Shown here in pieces: positions 46,025-54,644 of a DNA stretch of 64,000 bases. Below the pieces are notes generated by a model, which saw nothing but the letters and a program-made list of their open reading frames with translations, ran no database searches and was not told the origin of the DNA. The position numbers and the translations under genes are program-made. Numbering within the stretch: the first letter of the stretch is position 1; every line of letters begins with the position of its first letter. The stretch is from Chitinophagaceae bacterium (GTDB lineage: Bacteria; Bacteroidota; Bacteroidia; Chitinophagales; Chitinophagaceae), in assembly GCA_014379965.1 (NCBI GenBank), contig JACMKU010000062.1, forward strand, positions 19,878 to 83,877, read 5' to 3'.

Positions 46025-47416
46025 ATGTCATATAGATCCCGAGTTTATCGACAACGAAATGCAAATACACATGAAGATGCGCCAAAGGAAGGTTTCTTTC
46101 GCAAGGGACAGGATGTGAATCCCGATCAGAAGAAAAGCAGCTTCTTCCAACCGAAGTTATCGGTGAATGAGCCTGGCGACAGCTATGAGAAGGAGGCGGA
46201 TGCCGTCGCTAGCGCTGTCGTAGATAAATCTGCTGGTGCACCTGCGGTGCAGCAAAAAAAGATCAGCAGCATTCAGCGTCTTTCTTCTTCCGCGGAGGAC
46301 GAGAAAATGAGCACCAGCGATGCCCGCATGGCAAAAGATAAAGAGATCCAGGAAAAACCTCTTCAGCGCACGCACGCTGAAGGCGATAAGGAAGAGAAGG
46401 AAGAGATTCAGAAAAAGGAAATGCCTTCGGTAGAAGAGGAGAAGGAAAAGAAGCCTGTACAGACAAAACCGCAGTCCAGCGCTCCCTCTGTGGGTAGTAA
46501 GCTTTCGTCGAACATTGAAAGCAGCGCCGGCAAAGGGAAGGCCTTACCCAAAAACACGTTGCATGAAATGAATGCTTCATTCGGAACAGATTTCAGCGGA
46601 GTTAGAATCCATATGGACAGTGATGCCATTGCGATGAATTCAGAATTGCAGGCCCAGGCCTTTACTCATGGCCAGGATATATACTTCAACTCCGGAAAGT
46701 ATGCGCCGGAGAATAGTCAAGGCAAATTCCTGCTCGCACATGAACTCACCCATGTAGTTCAGCAAAACGATGGCCTGCAGGAAACGGACATCCAACGAAA
46801 AGTGATAGGAAAGAATGTCACAACAAGTCGAGCGATGCTCGAAACATTAGGAATGACCCGGGAAGAAGTTATCGCGGCGCTTGAGGCAGCTGATGCTGAC
46901 GCGATAGTCCTTGCACGGAGTGCGGAAGACATGCTCATCGCTCAGCTTGCACTTGCAGTGGCTGGTGATACGGTAGATGCAAATGCGGAGCAGATATTAA
47001 ATGAAGAACTTGGGTTGTCCTATAACAACCCTACACATCGTGGTCTGATACGTCAGCAGATCCGGAGATTTAAGACGGTACGCGAGACGCTTCAAAGTGG
47101 TTACCTGCGGTATATAGCATTGGGAATTGGAAAAGTACAGTTGATCGGGTGCCAGGTAGGCGAATGTGGACCGAATCATGCATTCAGTTGTCCTGGCAAT
47201 CGCCTCGTCGTCCTTTGCCAGGCTTACTGGGATAATACGGCTGCTGAAGACCGCAGCTCTACCATCATGCACGAGCCTTTTCATATTTGGTTTCATATGG
47301 CCAGTCATGATACTGGAGCGTTGCGTAGAGCCGATGCAAGCTGTTTTGAGTCCTTTGCTCTAAGGGCATCCGGCAAAAGTGCTCTCAGGTCATGTGTGGA
47401 TCATACAGGAGGATAA
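46025..47416 (+). CDS. Second DUF4157-domain cargo protein with a C-terminal HExxH-containing domain
   Basis: 463 aa. The DUF4157 core is MNASFGTDFSGVRIHMDSDAIAMNSELQAQAFTHGQDIYFNSG...LLAHELTHVVQQ. A second HExxH (IMHEPFHIW, 47269-47283) lies in the C-terminal ~190 aa together with several Cys. Confidence 0.8.
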   Translation: MSYRSRVYRQRNANTHEDAPKEGFFRKGQDVNPDQKKSSFFQPKLSVNEPGDSYEKEADAVASAVVDKSAGAPAVQQKKISSIQRLSSSAEDEKMSTSDARMAKDKEIQEKPLQRTHAEGDKEEKEEIQKKEMPSVEEEKEKKPVQTKPQSSAPSVGSKLSSNIESSAGKGKALPKNTLHEMNASFGTDFSGVRIHMDSDAIAMNSELQAQAFTHGQDIYFNSGKYAPENSQGKFLLAHELTHVVQQNDGLQETDIQRKVIGKNVTTSRAMLETLGMTREEVIAALEAADADAIVLARSAEDMLIAQLALAVAGDTVDANAEQILNEELGLSYNNPTHRGLIRQQIRRFKTVRETLQSGYLRYIALGIGKVQLIGCQVGECGPNHAFSCPGNRLVVLCQAYWDNTAAEDRSSTIMHEPFHIWFHMASHDTGALRRADASCFESFALRASGKSALRSCVDHTGG

Positions 47417-47419
47417 TGT

Positions 47420-49225
47420 ATGTGGCTTGGAAAAATAATATCATTCTTTCTGAGAAAACGTAAAGTGAAACTCTTAGCAGCTCCGAGCCCAACTATTGCC
47501 GGATTATTGGAAATTAAGACGACGGGTGAAGAGAAAAATAATGAAGACAAAGGGACGATCATAAAAATGCTGACTATGCAACACGAAGACACAAATCATT
47601 CAAAGGAATTTACCTACCTGGAAGAACTGATCCGGTATCGTCTGAATCGGTATTTCCCTACTCCTCGTGAACACCCGGATTATGGAAAGCATGACAGACC
47701 CCCAACGCTTCCCGAACCATCGGAATGGCGTCTGCCTTTCTTTGACTTCGTGATGAATACAAAGCCACGGCTCACCGATAATGAGATCGTTCTCGCTTTA
47801 ATTGGTCTGGCCCCCCATATACAGCCGGATCTGTTTGACCGGGCAATAGAAAGCAAGTTGCCGAAAGACAATGAATTTTACACAGATTTCCCAAGGTTGG
47901 GCGGAGTGCGTGGGAAGAACTGCCGTTTCTTTCTACCGACCGGAGAGACTGCGTTATTCCTGATAGCGGGTGACAATTACAAGAGGAGGTTAATGGTGCA
48001 GCAGTATTTTGCGGCGGAGCATCAATTCTGGCAAAAGAAGATTTTATGGTTGGAGGATATGCAGAATGGAGAACCAGCGATGCATGGCCGCCTTATTATC
48101 TCGCCAGATTATGTCGATCTAATGACTTTCGGCAAACACAGGTCTCCACAATTTAGCATCAGTTTTCCTGCCAAGAAAATTGCTCCGGAAGAAGAAAAGG
48201 ATATGAAAGTGGAGGAGGAGGAACTAAAGAAAATAAAATGTAAAAAGGAAGAAGAAACCCATGATGATAAACCAAGGAGGGGAGTGGCTTCATTTGATCA
48301 GTTAGTCATTCCAAAAGAATTGAAGGACCAAATAGATGAAATCAAGATCTGGTTGAAATATAAGGATCAGTTGATGGACAAAATGGACATGTTAAAGAAA
48401 GGGTACAGGACACTATTCTATGGGCCGCCGGGCACGGGTAAGACATTCACGGCGAAGATTCTTGGAAATGAGCTTGATAAGGAAGTGTATAAGATCGATC
48501 TGTCAATGATCGTGTCCAAGTATATTGGGGAGACGGAGAAAAACCTCGAGCTTTTGTTTGCGCAGGCAGAAGGGAAGGGGTGGATTCTATTTTTTGACGA
48601 AGCCGATGCGCTATTCGGTAAACGAACCAATGTTCGCGATGCGCATGACAAGTATGCCAACCAGGAGGTTTCCTATTTGCTGCAACGAATTGAAGACTAT
48701 AATGGATTGGTGATACTGGCAACGAATATGAAGAATAACATAGACGATGCCTTTGTACGACGGTTCAATTCGATTCTAAGCTTCCCGTTCCCAGATGCTG
48801 GTTCGAGGGCAAAGATTTGGAGGATTTTCCTTCCGACCGGAAAATTGAACACGAAAAAGATTATTTATCGTGAGAAACCTGGAATGGACCCTTACCCGGA
48901 TAGATACCATGATATCTGCAATATTCCGGCAATGGATGTTGCAGTTGATATTCCCGAAGCAGTTAAGAAATATGAATTGAGCGGGGGTAGCATCATGAAC
49001 GTGGTGCATTATGCTGGTCTAAAGGCTATAGATAGATTTAACACTGCTATCGAGGAGAGGAAAAAGCTTTATAGAATTCCTCTAGTGGAATATAGTGATG
49101 GCCCAACTGCAATTGAGAAAGAAGACCCATGTGATCCTACACCACAGTTTATCATTTACCTATCGGACGTGCTCGACGGTATCAAGCGGGAGCTGGTCAA
49201 GGAAGGGAAGCCGTTTACGCCGTAG
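47420..49225 (+). CDS. AAA+ ATPase (Afp15-like eCIS assembly/cargo-loading ATPase)
   Basis: 601 aa with Walker A FYGPPGTGKTFTAKILG and Walker B ILFFDEADALFGKR, in a CDC48/FtsH-like AAA module. The start at 47420 is 3 nt after the previous stop. An alternative ATG at 47567 is possible. Confidence 0.88.
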   Translation: MWLGKIISFFLRKRKVKLLAAPSPTIAGLLEIKTTGEEKNNEDKGTIIKMLTMQHEDTNHSKEFTYLEELIRYRLNRYFPTPREHPDYGKHDRPPTLPEPSEWRLPFFDFVMNTKPRLTDNEIVLALIGLAPHIQPDLFDRAIESKLPKDNEFYTDFPRLGGVRGKNCRFFLPTGETALFLIAGDNYKRRLMVQQYFAAEHQFWQKKILWLEDMQNGEPAMHGRLIISPDYVDLMTFGKHRSPQFSISFPAKKIAPEEEKDMKVEEEELKKIKCKKEEETHDDKPRRGVASFDQLVIPKELKDQIDEIKIWLKYKDQLMDKMDMLKKGYRTLFYGPPGTGKTFTAKILGNELDKEVYKIDLSMIVSKYIGETEKNLELLFAQAEGKGWILFFDEADALFGKRTNVRDAHDKYANQEVSYLLQRIEDYNGLVILATNMKNNIDDAFVRRFNSILSFPFPDAGSRAKIWRIFLPTGKLNTKKIIYREKPGMDPYPDRYHDICNIPAMDVAVDIPEAVKKYELSGGSIMNVVHYAGLKAIDRFNTAIEERKKLYRIPLVEYSDGPTAIEKEDPCDPTPQFIIYLSDVLDGIKRELVKEGKPFTP

Positions 49226-49228
49226 GCG

Positions 49229-49268
49229 CGGGAATCAGGAATCAGGAATTAGGAATTGGGTATTGGGG
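49229..49268. repeat. Heptamer array (GGAATCA/GGAATTA units)
   Basis: CGGGAATCAGGAATCAGGAATTAGGAATTGGGTATTGGGG lies directly after the AAA+ ATPase stop. It belongs to the same unit family as 2234-2402. Confidence 0.8.
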
Positions 49269-49321
49269 CCAGGAGTTACGAAAATCTCTCAACCATATTT
49301 TGAAATACACAATACATAACG

Positions 49322-49717
49322 ATGTCTGCCAAAAAAAATAAAGAAGTTGTTCGAAGGTTTTTTGACGAAGTGTGCAATGGAGGCCTGGATGAAAAAGTAT
49401 ATGACATATTTGCCGACAAAGTAAGCTTTAACGGTAAGCAGGGATCGCCTGAAGGGGTCATTCGCTTTCTCAAACGAATACGTATGTCTTTTGCACTTTT
49501 AAGGGTGGAGGTTAAAGAACAAATTGCAGAGCGGGATATCGTTTCTACGAGGAGGGTTTGGACAGGGACTCCCAGGAAGAGAAGCCACCCTTCTTTTGGG
49601 AAATTGATTACCTGGAATGAAATCAGTATTGTTCGGTTGGTAGATAACAAGATAGTGGAGGATTGGAAGGAGGAAAGTAAGCGCGTACGGGTAATTCGCA
49701 TTGCCAGAAAAAAATAG
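49322..49717 (+). CDS. SnoaL-like ester cyclase family protein
   Basis: 131 aa. The N-terminal KKNKEVVRRFFDEVCNGG and C-terminal ISIVRLVDNKIVEDW are typical of the NTF2-fold ester cyclase/SnoaL family. Confidence 0.65.
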   Translation: MSAKKNKEVVRRFFDEVCNGGLDEKVYDIFADKVSFNGKQGSPEGVIRFLKRIRMSFALLRVEVKEQIAERDIVSTRRVWTGTPRKRSHPSFGKLITWNEISIVRLVDNKIVEDWKEESKRVRVIRIARKK

Positions 49718-49752
49718 CAATAGTCAATAGTCAATAGACAATAGTCAAATCG
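49717..49752. repeat. Heptamer array (CAATAGT/CAATAGA units)
   Basis: GCAATAGTCAATAGTCAATAGACAATAGTCAAATCGC lies directly after the SnoaL-like gene stop. Confidence 0.8.
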
Positions 49753-49979
49753 CAAATACACCACTTCCCTGACGAGTCTCGCCGCCAACCCATGTAATTT
49801 GTAGATAGGGTAGCTAGGCGGACTCGTCGAGTAGGTCAGTTCGAATGAAGCCTGGTCTCAAAACGGTCCAGCAATAAAAGGAAAGTTCGTTTGCCACTAA
49901 CCCTATGGTTGAGATGAGGTCTTTGCACAAAAAAAGATGAGCATTTGCCCATCTTTTCTTAATGATATACAACGTACTA

Positions 49980-50714
49980 TCAATATCTCTTCGCAATGTT
50001 GAATACAAATCTCTTTGGTTCGCCAATCACTCCACCTGCCGCTCTTCTTTGTTTCAGCATATCCGATTTCCAGTACGCATGAGCCTTGGCCGTATCGGTG
50101 ATTGCCGTTACAAGCGATACTTTTTTATTGTCATCCATATCGTGACTGACAACCCTGTCAACAATTCCGTTGTCTATTCTTTCCTGCTTGCCTTCCTGGA
50201 AAGATTTAAACCACGCATCCCAATCTTTTACGGTAAATGTGCTCATAGATCGGAGTGTCGTACTGATCTGAGCCGTATCCTGCCACTCGCTGATGTTGTG
50301 GTAGAAAGTAGGTGTACTGGTGACGCCTCCCTTTTGCATAGCCGCCTTCAGGTTAGGGTCTTTGGAGAATGCCTGGGCTTTCTTGCCATCATTGGCTTTG
50401 ACGGCCACGAGTACCGTGTTCGGATCGTCTACTCCACGCCCTACCACATAACTACGTAAGCCATTTGCGACGCGCAAAGAGTCGTGTGCTTCGTACGATG
50501 CCAGCCATTTGTCGAAATCAGCTACCTTATGAACAGCTACCATCATACTCTCCGGAGTGGTGACAATAGTGTTAACTGGCGCGGAAGTCGTGTTTGAAGT
50601 GTTTGTACTCGTCGTGTCATCAGTGGTTTTCTCATCGCTTGCGTCGTTGTTGCACGATGTTAAGAAAAAGGAGGCTGTCAAGAATAGCAGACAGGCAAAA
50701 CTGGTCCGTTTCAT
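49980..50714 (-). CDS. Lipoprotein with two tandem ~95-aa repeats (unknown function)
   Basis: 244 aa with a lipobox signal (LFLTASFFLTSCNND) and a Thr/Ser-rich linker. Two similar modules follow (VHKVADFDKWLASYEAHDSLRVANG... and FTVKDWDAWFKSFQEGKQERIDNG...). Confidence 0.65.
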   Translation of the reverse strand: MKRTSFACLLFLTASFFLTSCNNDASDEKTTDDTTSTNTSNTTSAPVNTIVTTPESMMVAVHKVADFDKWLASYEAHDSLRVANGLRSYVVGRGVDDPNTVLVAVKANDGKKAQAFSKDPNLKAAMQKGGVTSTPTFYHNISEWQDTAQISTTLRSMSTFTVKDWDAWFKSFQEGKQERIDNGIVDRVVSHDMDDNKKVSLVTAITDTAKAHAYWKSDMLKQRRAAGGVIGEPKRFVFNIAKRY

Positions 50715-50837
50715 TTGTTGTTGATTTTTATGGTTAAAAAAGGGAGGGTATGGAGGGCTGTTACAGAGAGTAGGGGGGCATTAAATGTAGGGTTTATTGG
50801 GGAACTAGCCTAAATATTTTTATGGCGATTCATGTTG

Positions 50838-50968
50838 AAAGTTTAATGGTTTAAGGGTTTAAAAGTTTGATGGTGTTTGAAGATTCTTTTCCGTTGGGAA
50901 AACTCGAATGTCACAACCCTTAAACTTTTAAACCCTTAAACTTTTAAACCGTTAGACTTCTAACTCTT
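50838..50968. repeat. Palindromic element of the GGTTTAAGGGTTTAAAAG family
   Basis: Left arm 50840-50880 (GTTTAATGGTTTAAGGGTTTAAAAGTTTGATGG) and right arm 50915-50968 (CCCTTAAACTTTTAAACCCTTAAACTTTTAAACCGTTAGAC). It is nearly the same element as 55611-55740. Confidence 0.85.
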
Positions 50969-51239
50969 ACGCAGTGTCGCCACCACCGTCAAATCACCCG
51001 TTTCAGCAGGGTGAAAAAACTGTTCAAACTAATACGAAACTTTTACGAGTTTTATGAATACTCTAATCATAGGCACTTCTTAACAATACGCCGTGACCGG
51101 AAGGTCAGTGAACCAATTCTCTCCCTAGGCGAAACCATTAGTTCCGTCAAACCTACCTCTATGAAACAGGAGTAATCCCCATCCCAAGAATGAATGTATT
51201 TCAATTCTCGTGGTCGTTAAAGCAATTAAAACTAGCGAT

Positions 51240-54200
51240 ATGGAAAATATGCGGGCGCTATTAAATAGATTGTCAAAAAACGTTGGCACTCTCACGCACA
51301 TGGTGCGGACAGAAAATAAGGCGGGAGACACGAGTCTAAATGTTCATCTTGAAGGGTTGGTCATCAAAATAATGAACATTGTGTATGGTTTTAACTTCAC
51401 CACTGCCAATGAAACAATATTCAATAATGCAGCCGTTGATGCATATGATAGATCTAATAGAGTCATTGCTCAGATCACATCCACATTTACTACTACAAAA
51501 ATTACCGATACCCTTAGTAAAGCTCTCAAGAACGGTTACCAAGATTCTTATGACAGGCTCATCATTGTTTTCCTCTCTGAAAAGGGGTCGTTAAGCGATC
51601 CAACAAGGACCAAAATTAAAAAATTGACAAATGGGGAGATTTCATTCGACCCTACTAACGATCTAATCGATCTAAATGATATTTATAGTAAGCTGGCTCA
51701 TGAGCAGGATGCAAAAAAGATCCTCGATGTTCTGGCCATAATGGAGCAATACCTTTACTATACCCCGGTCGATAAGGCCGTTGGATTCTATGCTGTTAGT
51801 ATTTGCTTTCACGATGAGGAAATTGAAAATGCTTACCTGATTACTAACTTCCTGCTTCAAAAGAGCATTAATGTTTACACTGAATCGGCGAAGCTGTATG
51901 ACCTGGTCAAGAAGAGAGAGCATGGTTACAGCGACTACCTGCTCTTTTACCAGGATCCCAAGCAATCAATTCCCATAAACTTTTGCCTCCCGGTACTTTC
52001 GACGGGCTTTGTCATAAGACAGATACAGTCCGGCGATGCATGGAGTCCTTTATTGCAGACTGCTATCGAATTCGAGGACCCCATTTATGCTATCTCGTTT
52101 AACCGATACATTAAGGACATTGAGAAAGTAAATCGCCCCCAGTTTAAGGCGTCGCAGTTTGTCACCCGGGATACCTTTGATGATAAGATTCAGGAGCTGA
52201 TCACCAGCAGTCAAGTCGCTAACTTCCAGGAATATGTTACAAACGAGGATGTTATTGAGCATATAAGAAATAAGAACCCGAATTTTCAACTAGAGGAACA
52301 GTTTGACGAGGAAGGTTATACATTGCTAAATTTTTGCCTGAAGGAGCATACCACGGTTACATTGAAATACCTGCTGTTAAACAGGACGGCCAATATCCCG
52401 GTATGTGCAGCCCATTTCCATTCGAAGTTCAAGGATCAGTATAGGAAAAACCTGAGTATTCTCATGCACAAGGAAGCGGAGAGAGTCAGGAAGAAGACCG
52501 AGCTTGTTCAAGCGAATTTTCAGACCAGCTCGATCATTTTCATCCATGATCTTTTCTCCGACAAAATTGAACAGACGTTTCATCCCAGGCGGTTACTTGA
52601 GCCGTCTGAATATGTTTCACCAATCTTTAGGCAGAATACGAAACTGCAGATGATCTCGGATATACTCAACTGGATCGCATATAATGCGACTTCGTTTGTA
52701 GGAATTATCCATGGGGCGGGCGGCGTTGGCAAGACTACTGCTTCTGAAATTGTTCACGATACAATCGTATCGGCCTTCGATTCATCATCATCGGGCAGGA
52801 AATATGTACTTTTTATTGAGGCAAAAAGTTATATCGATGCCTTTAGTACGCGTTCAAATCTCGATCTTTCAAAGTATGATTTGTATACGATTTTTCGAAA
52901 TTGTCATCCGCAGGGAAATGAACTTAGGGAAGCGGACTTTTATTTGAACTACGCGATAGGTAATTTGATTATCATTTTCGATGGTGTAGATGAGATTGTC
53001 TCTACACTACCTTATTTCAATTTAACTGATTTCCTGGTAAACCTCGAGAAAGTCAGGCAAAAACTTGGAAGGGGCAAAATCCTGATCAATTGTCGCGATG
53101 CTTACATTTCTACTTTAAAGGACTACTATGATCTGGAAGAATTGAGGAAGATTCAGTTCTTTGAGTTGCTTCCCTTTAACGAGGATCTCGCGACCTCGTT
53201 TTTCAGAATGTATTTTGCGGATGACGCCAAGGTTCACGACTGCATACGGCTTGCCAAGGAGTTCCATCCGGAGAACGGAGATAAAAAGGAGTTTAAATTT
53301 CCACCCTTCATTTTGCAGGTGATTGTACAGATCGTTGACTCCGATTTCCGCTATACAGAAATTGATCTCGAGTTTAAATCTTCCATTCTGCTCAATACCG
53401 ACTATAGCGATCTGCTAATATTTAAGGTTTGCAAGCGGGAGTATTTTAAGAAAGAGCAACACGGATTTCAGTTGAATGTTGATGATCAGGTAAAGTTTCT
53501 ATGTGCCCTGGCAATTGAGGAGAAGGGCGAAGGTAAAGATGATCAGTTCCTGTACTTGCTGCGCAGGGTGGGAATTACAGATCGGATTGCAGAAGTTGCA
53601 GACAGTCTTAGAGACCATCCATTCCTTTCCCCGCAACTGGATGGGCAGTATTCATTTCGTTTTGAATTCATGAATATTAATTTTAAAGCGATCGCGATTT
53701 TTAATTTGTTGATAAGTAAGAATCAGTTTGCTATTACTGAAAGGCTTCTTACAGTGATAGGCACAGAGTGCCACTATAATACACCTCTGTCGGCCGCTCT
53801 TACACACAAGGCGATCCATTGTGATATAAAGTTTGAGGATTGTCTGCTTCAGTCAAAGGAGTTTTTCGATAGTATTTTAAAATTCAACCCGCAAAACGAT
53901 TACTTTTTGAGTTCGCTGAAAAAAAAGTGCATCTGTAATCTTTTTATTGTTATTGTTAATTCGAAACCAAGTTATATCACCAACAATGAAGTAATTGATG
54001 CCTTATTTACCGATGGAAATAAGCTGGTCAAGAATTTCTATTTGTATGATATTCCAGCTGATGCATCATTCCGGATGGAATTTAGCAATCTCATCTTCAC
54101 TAGTTCGGAAATTGACAATTTTGCGCATTTCTTTTCCTGCCCTTTTAATAAGGAAACACTTTTTGATGATACGTGCCGGATTTCAAATGTGACAAATGAA

Positions 54201-54608
54201 AAGATTAATCTGAAGCAAATCACCGCGACCGATCAAAATTTCGATAAAAATATTCAGGGTGATAACTCGATCTTCAGAACCTTGTCCAGGAAGGCGGGAT
54301 CCGAAATCGACATGAATCTTTTATTTAAGGCGTACTTCAAGCCTTTCTTCAAGAATCGAACGTTTGAGAATGATTTTCCAGCCAGCTACATTAACCTGCC
54401 ACCCCATGTCCCATTTAAAGTGCAGTCGATAACGAAGTGTCTTCAGGATAATGATATAATTGATTCCTTTAACAATGGCTTAATTCATCTCAATTCCAGG
54501 TACGTGACTAAACTCCATAAATTTATCGACGAGGGTTTGATATTCAAAGAATTGAACAAGACTATGCAGGCTGTTCGAAAGATATCTGAGCATGCGGTGG
54601 TGTCGTGA
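51240..54608 (+). CDS. NACHT/STAND-type P-loop NTPase with unassigned N-terminal and C-terminal domains (candidate defence protein)
   Basis: 1122 aa from the ATG at 51240 (MENMRALLNRL). Walker A is GIIHGAGGVGKTTASEI (about 52713-52736). The NACHT-style Walker B is LIIIFDGVDEI (about 52965-52994). About 490 aa precede the P-loop and about 550 aa of helical region follow. Confidence 0.75.
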   Translation: MENMRALLNRLSKNVGTLTHMVRTENKAGDTSLNVHLEGLVIKIMNIVYGFNFTTANETIFNNAAVDAYDRSNRVIAQITSTFTTTKITDTLSKALKNGYQDSYDRLIIVFLSEKGSLSDPTRTKIKKLTNGEISFDPTNDLIDLNDIYSKLAHEQDAKKILDVLAIMEQYLYYTPVDKAVGFYAVSICFHDEEIENAYLITNFLLQKSINVYTESAKLYDLVKKREHGYSDYLLFYQDPKQSIPINFCLPVLSTGFVIRQIQSGDAWSPLLQTAIEFEDPIYAISFNRYIKDIEKVNRPQFKASQFVTRDTFDDKIQELITSSQVANFQEYVTNEDVIEHIRNKNPNFQLEEQFDEEGYTLLNFCLKEHTTVTLKYLLLNRTANIPVCAAHFHSKFKDQYRKNLSILMHKEAERVRKKTELVQANFQTSSIIFIHDLFSDKIEQTFHPRRLLEPSEYVSPIFRQNTKLQMISDILNWIAYNATSFVGIIHGAGGVGKTTASEIVHDTIVSAFDSSSSGRKYVLFIEAKSYIDAFSTRSNLDLSKYDLYTIFRNCHPQGNELREADFYLNYAIGNLIIIFDGVDEIVSTLPYFNLTDFLVNLEKVRQKLGRGKILINCRDAYISTLKDYYDLEELRKIQFFELLPFNEDLATSFFRMYFADDAKVHDCIRLAKEFHPENGDKKEFKFPPFILQVIVQIVDSDFRYTEIDLEFKSSILLNTDYSDLLIFKVCKREYFKKEQHGFQLNVDDQVKFLCALAIEEKGEGKDDQFLYLLRRVGITDRIAEVADSLRDHPFLSPQLDGQYSFRFEFMNINFKAIAIFNLLISKNQFAITERLLTVIGTECHYNTPLSAALTHKAIHCDIKFEDCLLQSKEFFDSILKFNPQNDYFLSSLKKKCICNLFIVIVNSKPSYITNNEVIDALFTDGNKLVKNFYLYDIPADASFRMEFSNLIFTSSEIDNFAHFFSCPFNKETLFDDTCRISNVTNEKINLKQITATDQNFDKNIQGDNSIFRTLSRKAGSEIDMNLLFKAYFKPFFKNRTFENDFPASYINLPPHVPFKVQSITKCLQDNDIIDSFNNGLIHLNSRYVTKLHKFIDEGLIFKELNKTMQAVRKISEHAVVS

Positions 54609-54644
54609 GAATTACATTTTGTAGAAGTTGCCAACTTTAGACAA

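Noticed and set aside
12774-49225. Canonical type VI secretion system
   Set aside because: There are no TssJ/L/M membrane complex, TssK/E/F/G set, TssA or ClpV-like genes. The sheath is a single phage-type protein with the MAEYKTPGVYIEE N-terminus. An anchored T6SS-iv-like mode cannot be excluded from sequence alone, but eCIS markers dominate.
11145-49752. CAATAG-type arrays at 11145-11204 and 49717-49752 as direct-repeat boundaries of a genomic island containing the eCIS
   Set aside because: The same repeat families occur at many unrelated gene boundaries in the window, for example 6670-6726. There is no integrase or tRNA junction at these ends, so they are not specific evidence for island borders.
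49276-50459. ORFs 49276-49788 (-) and 49962-50459 (+)
   Set aside because: They are antisense to the SnoaL-like gene and to the lipoprotein gene respectively. Each partly runs through a heptamer array or has no recognisable features. The opposite-strand genes have better motif support.
51776-52130. TIR-like effector domain in the NACHT protein (segment FYAVSICFHDEEIENAYLITNFLLQKSINVY...)
   Set aside because: It only superficially resembles the TIR beta-A/alpha-A start. I could not find the later conserved blocks or the catalytic Glu context, so the region is left unassigned.
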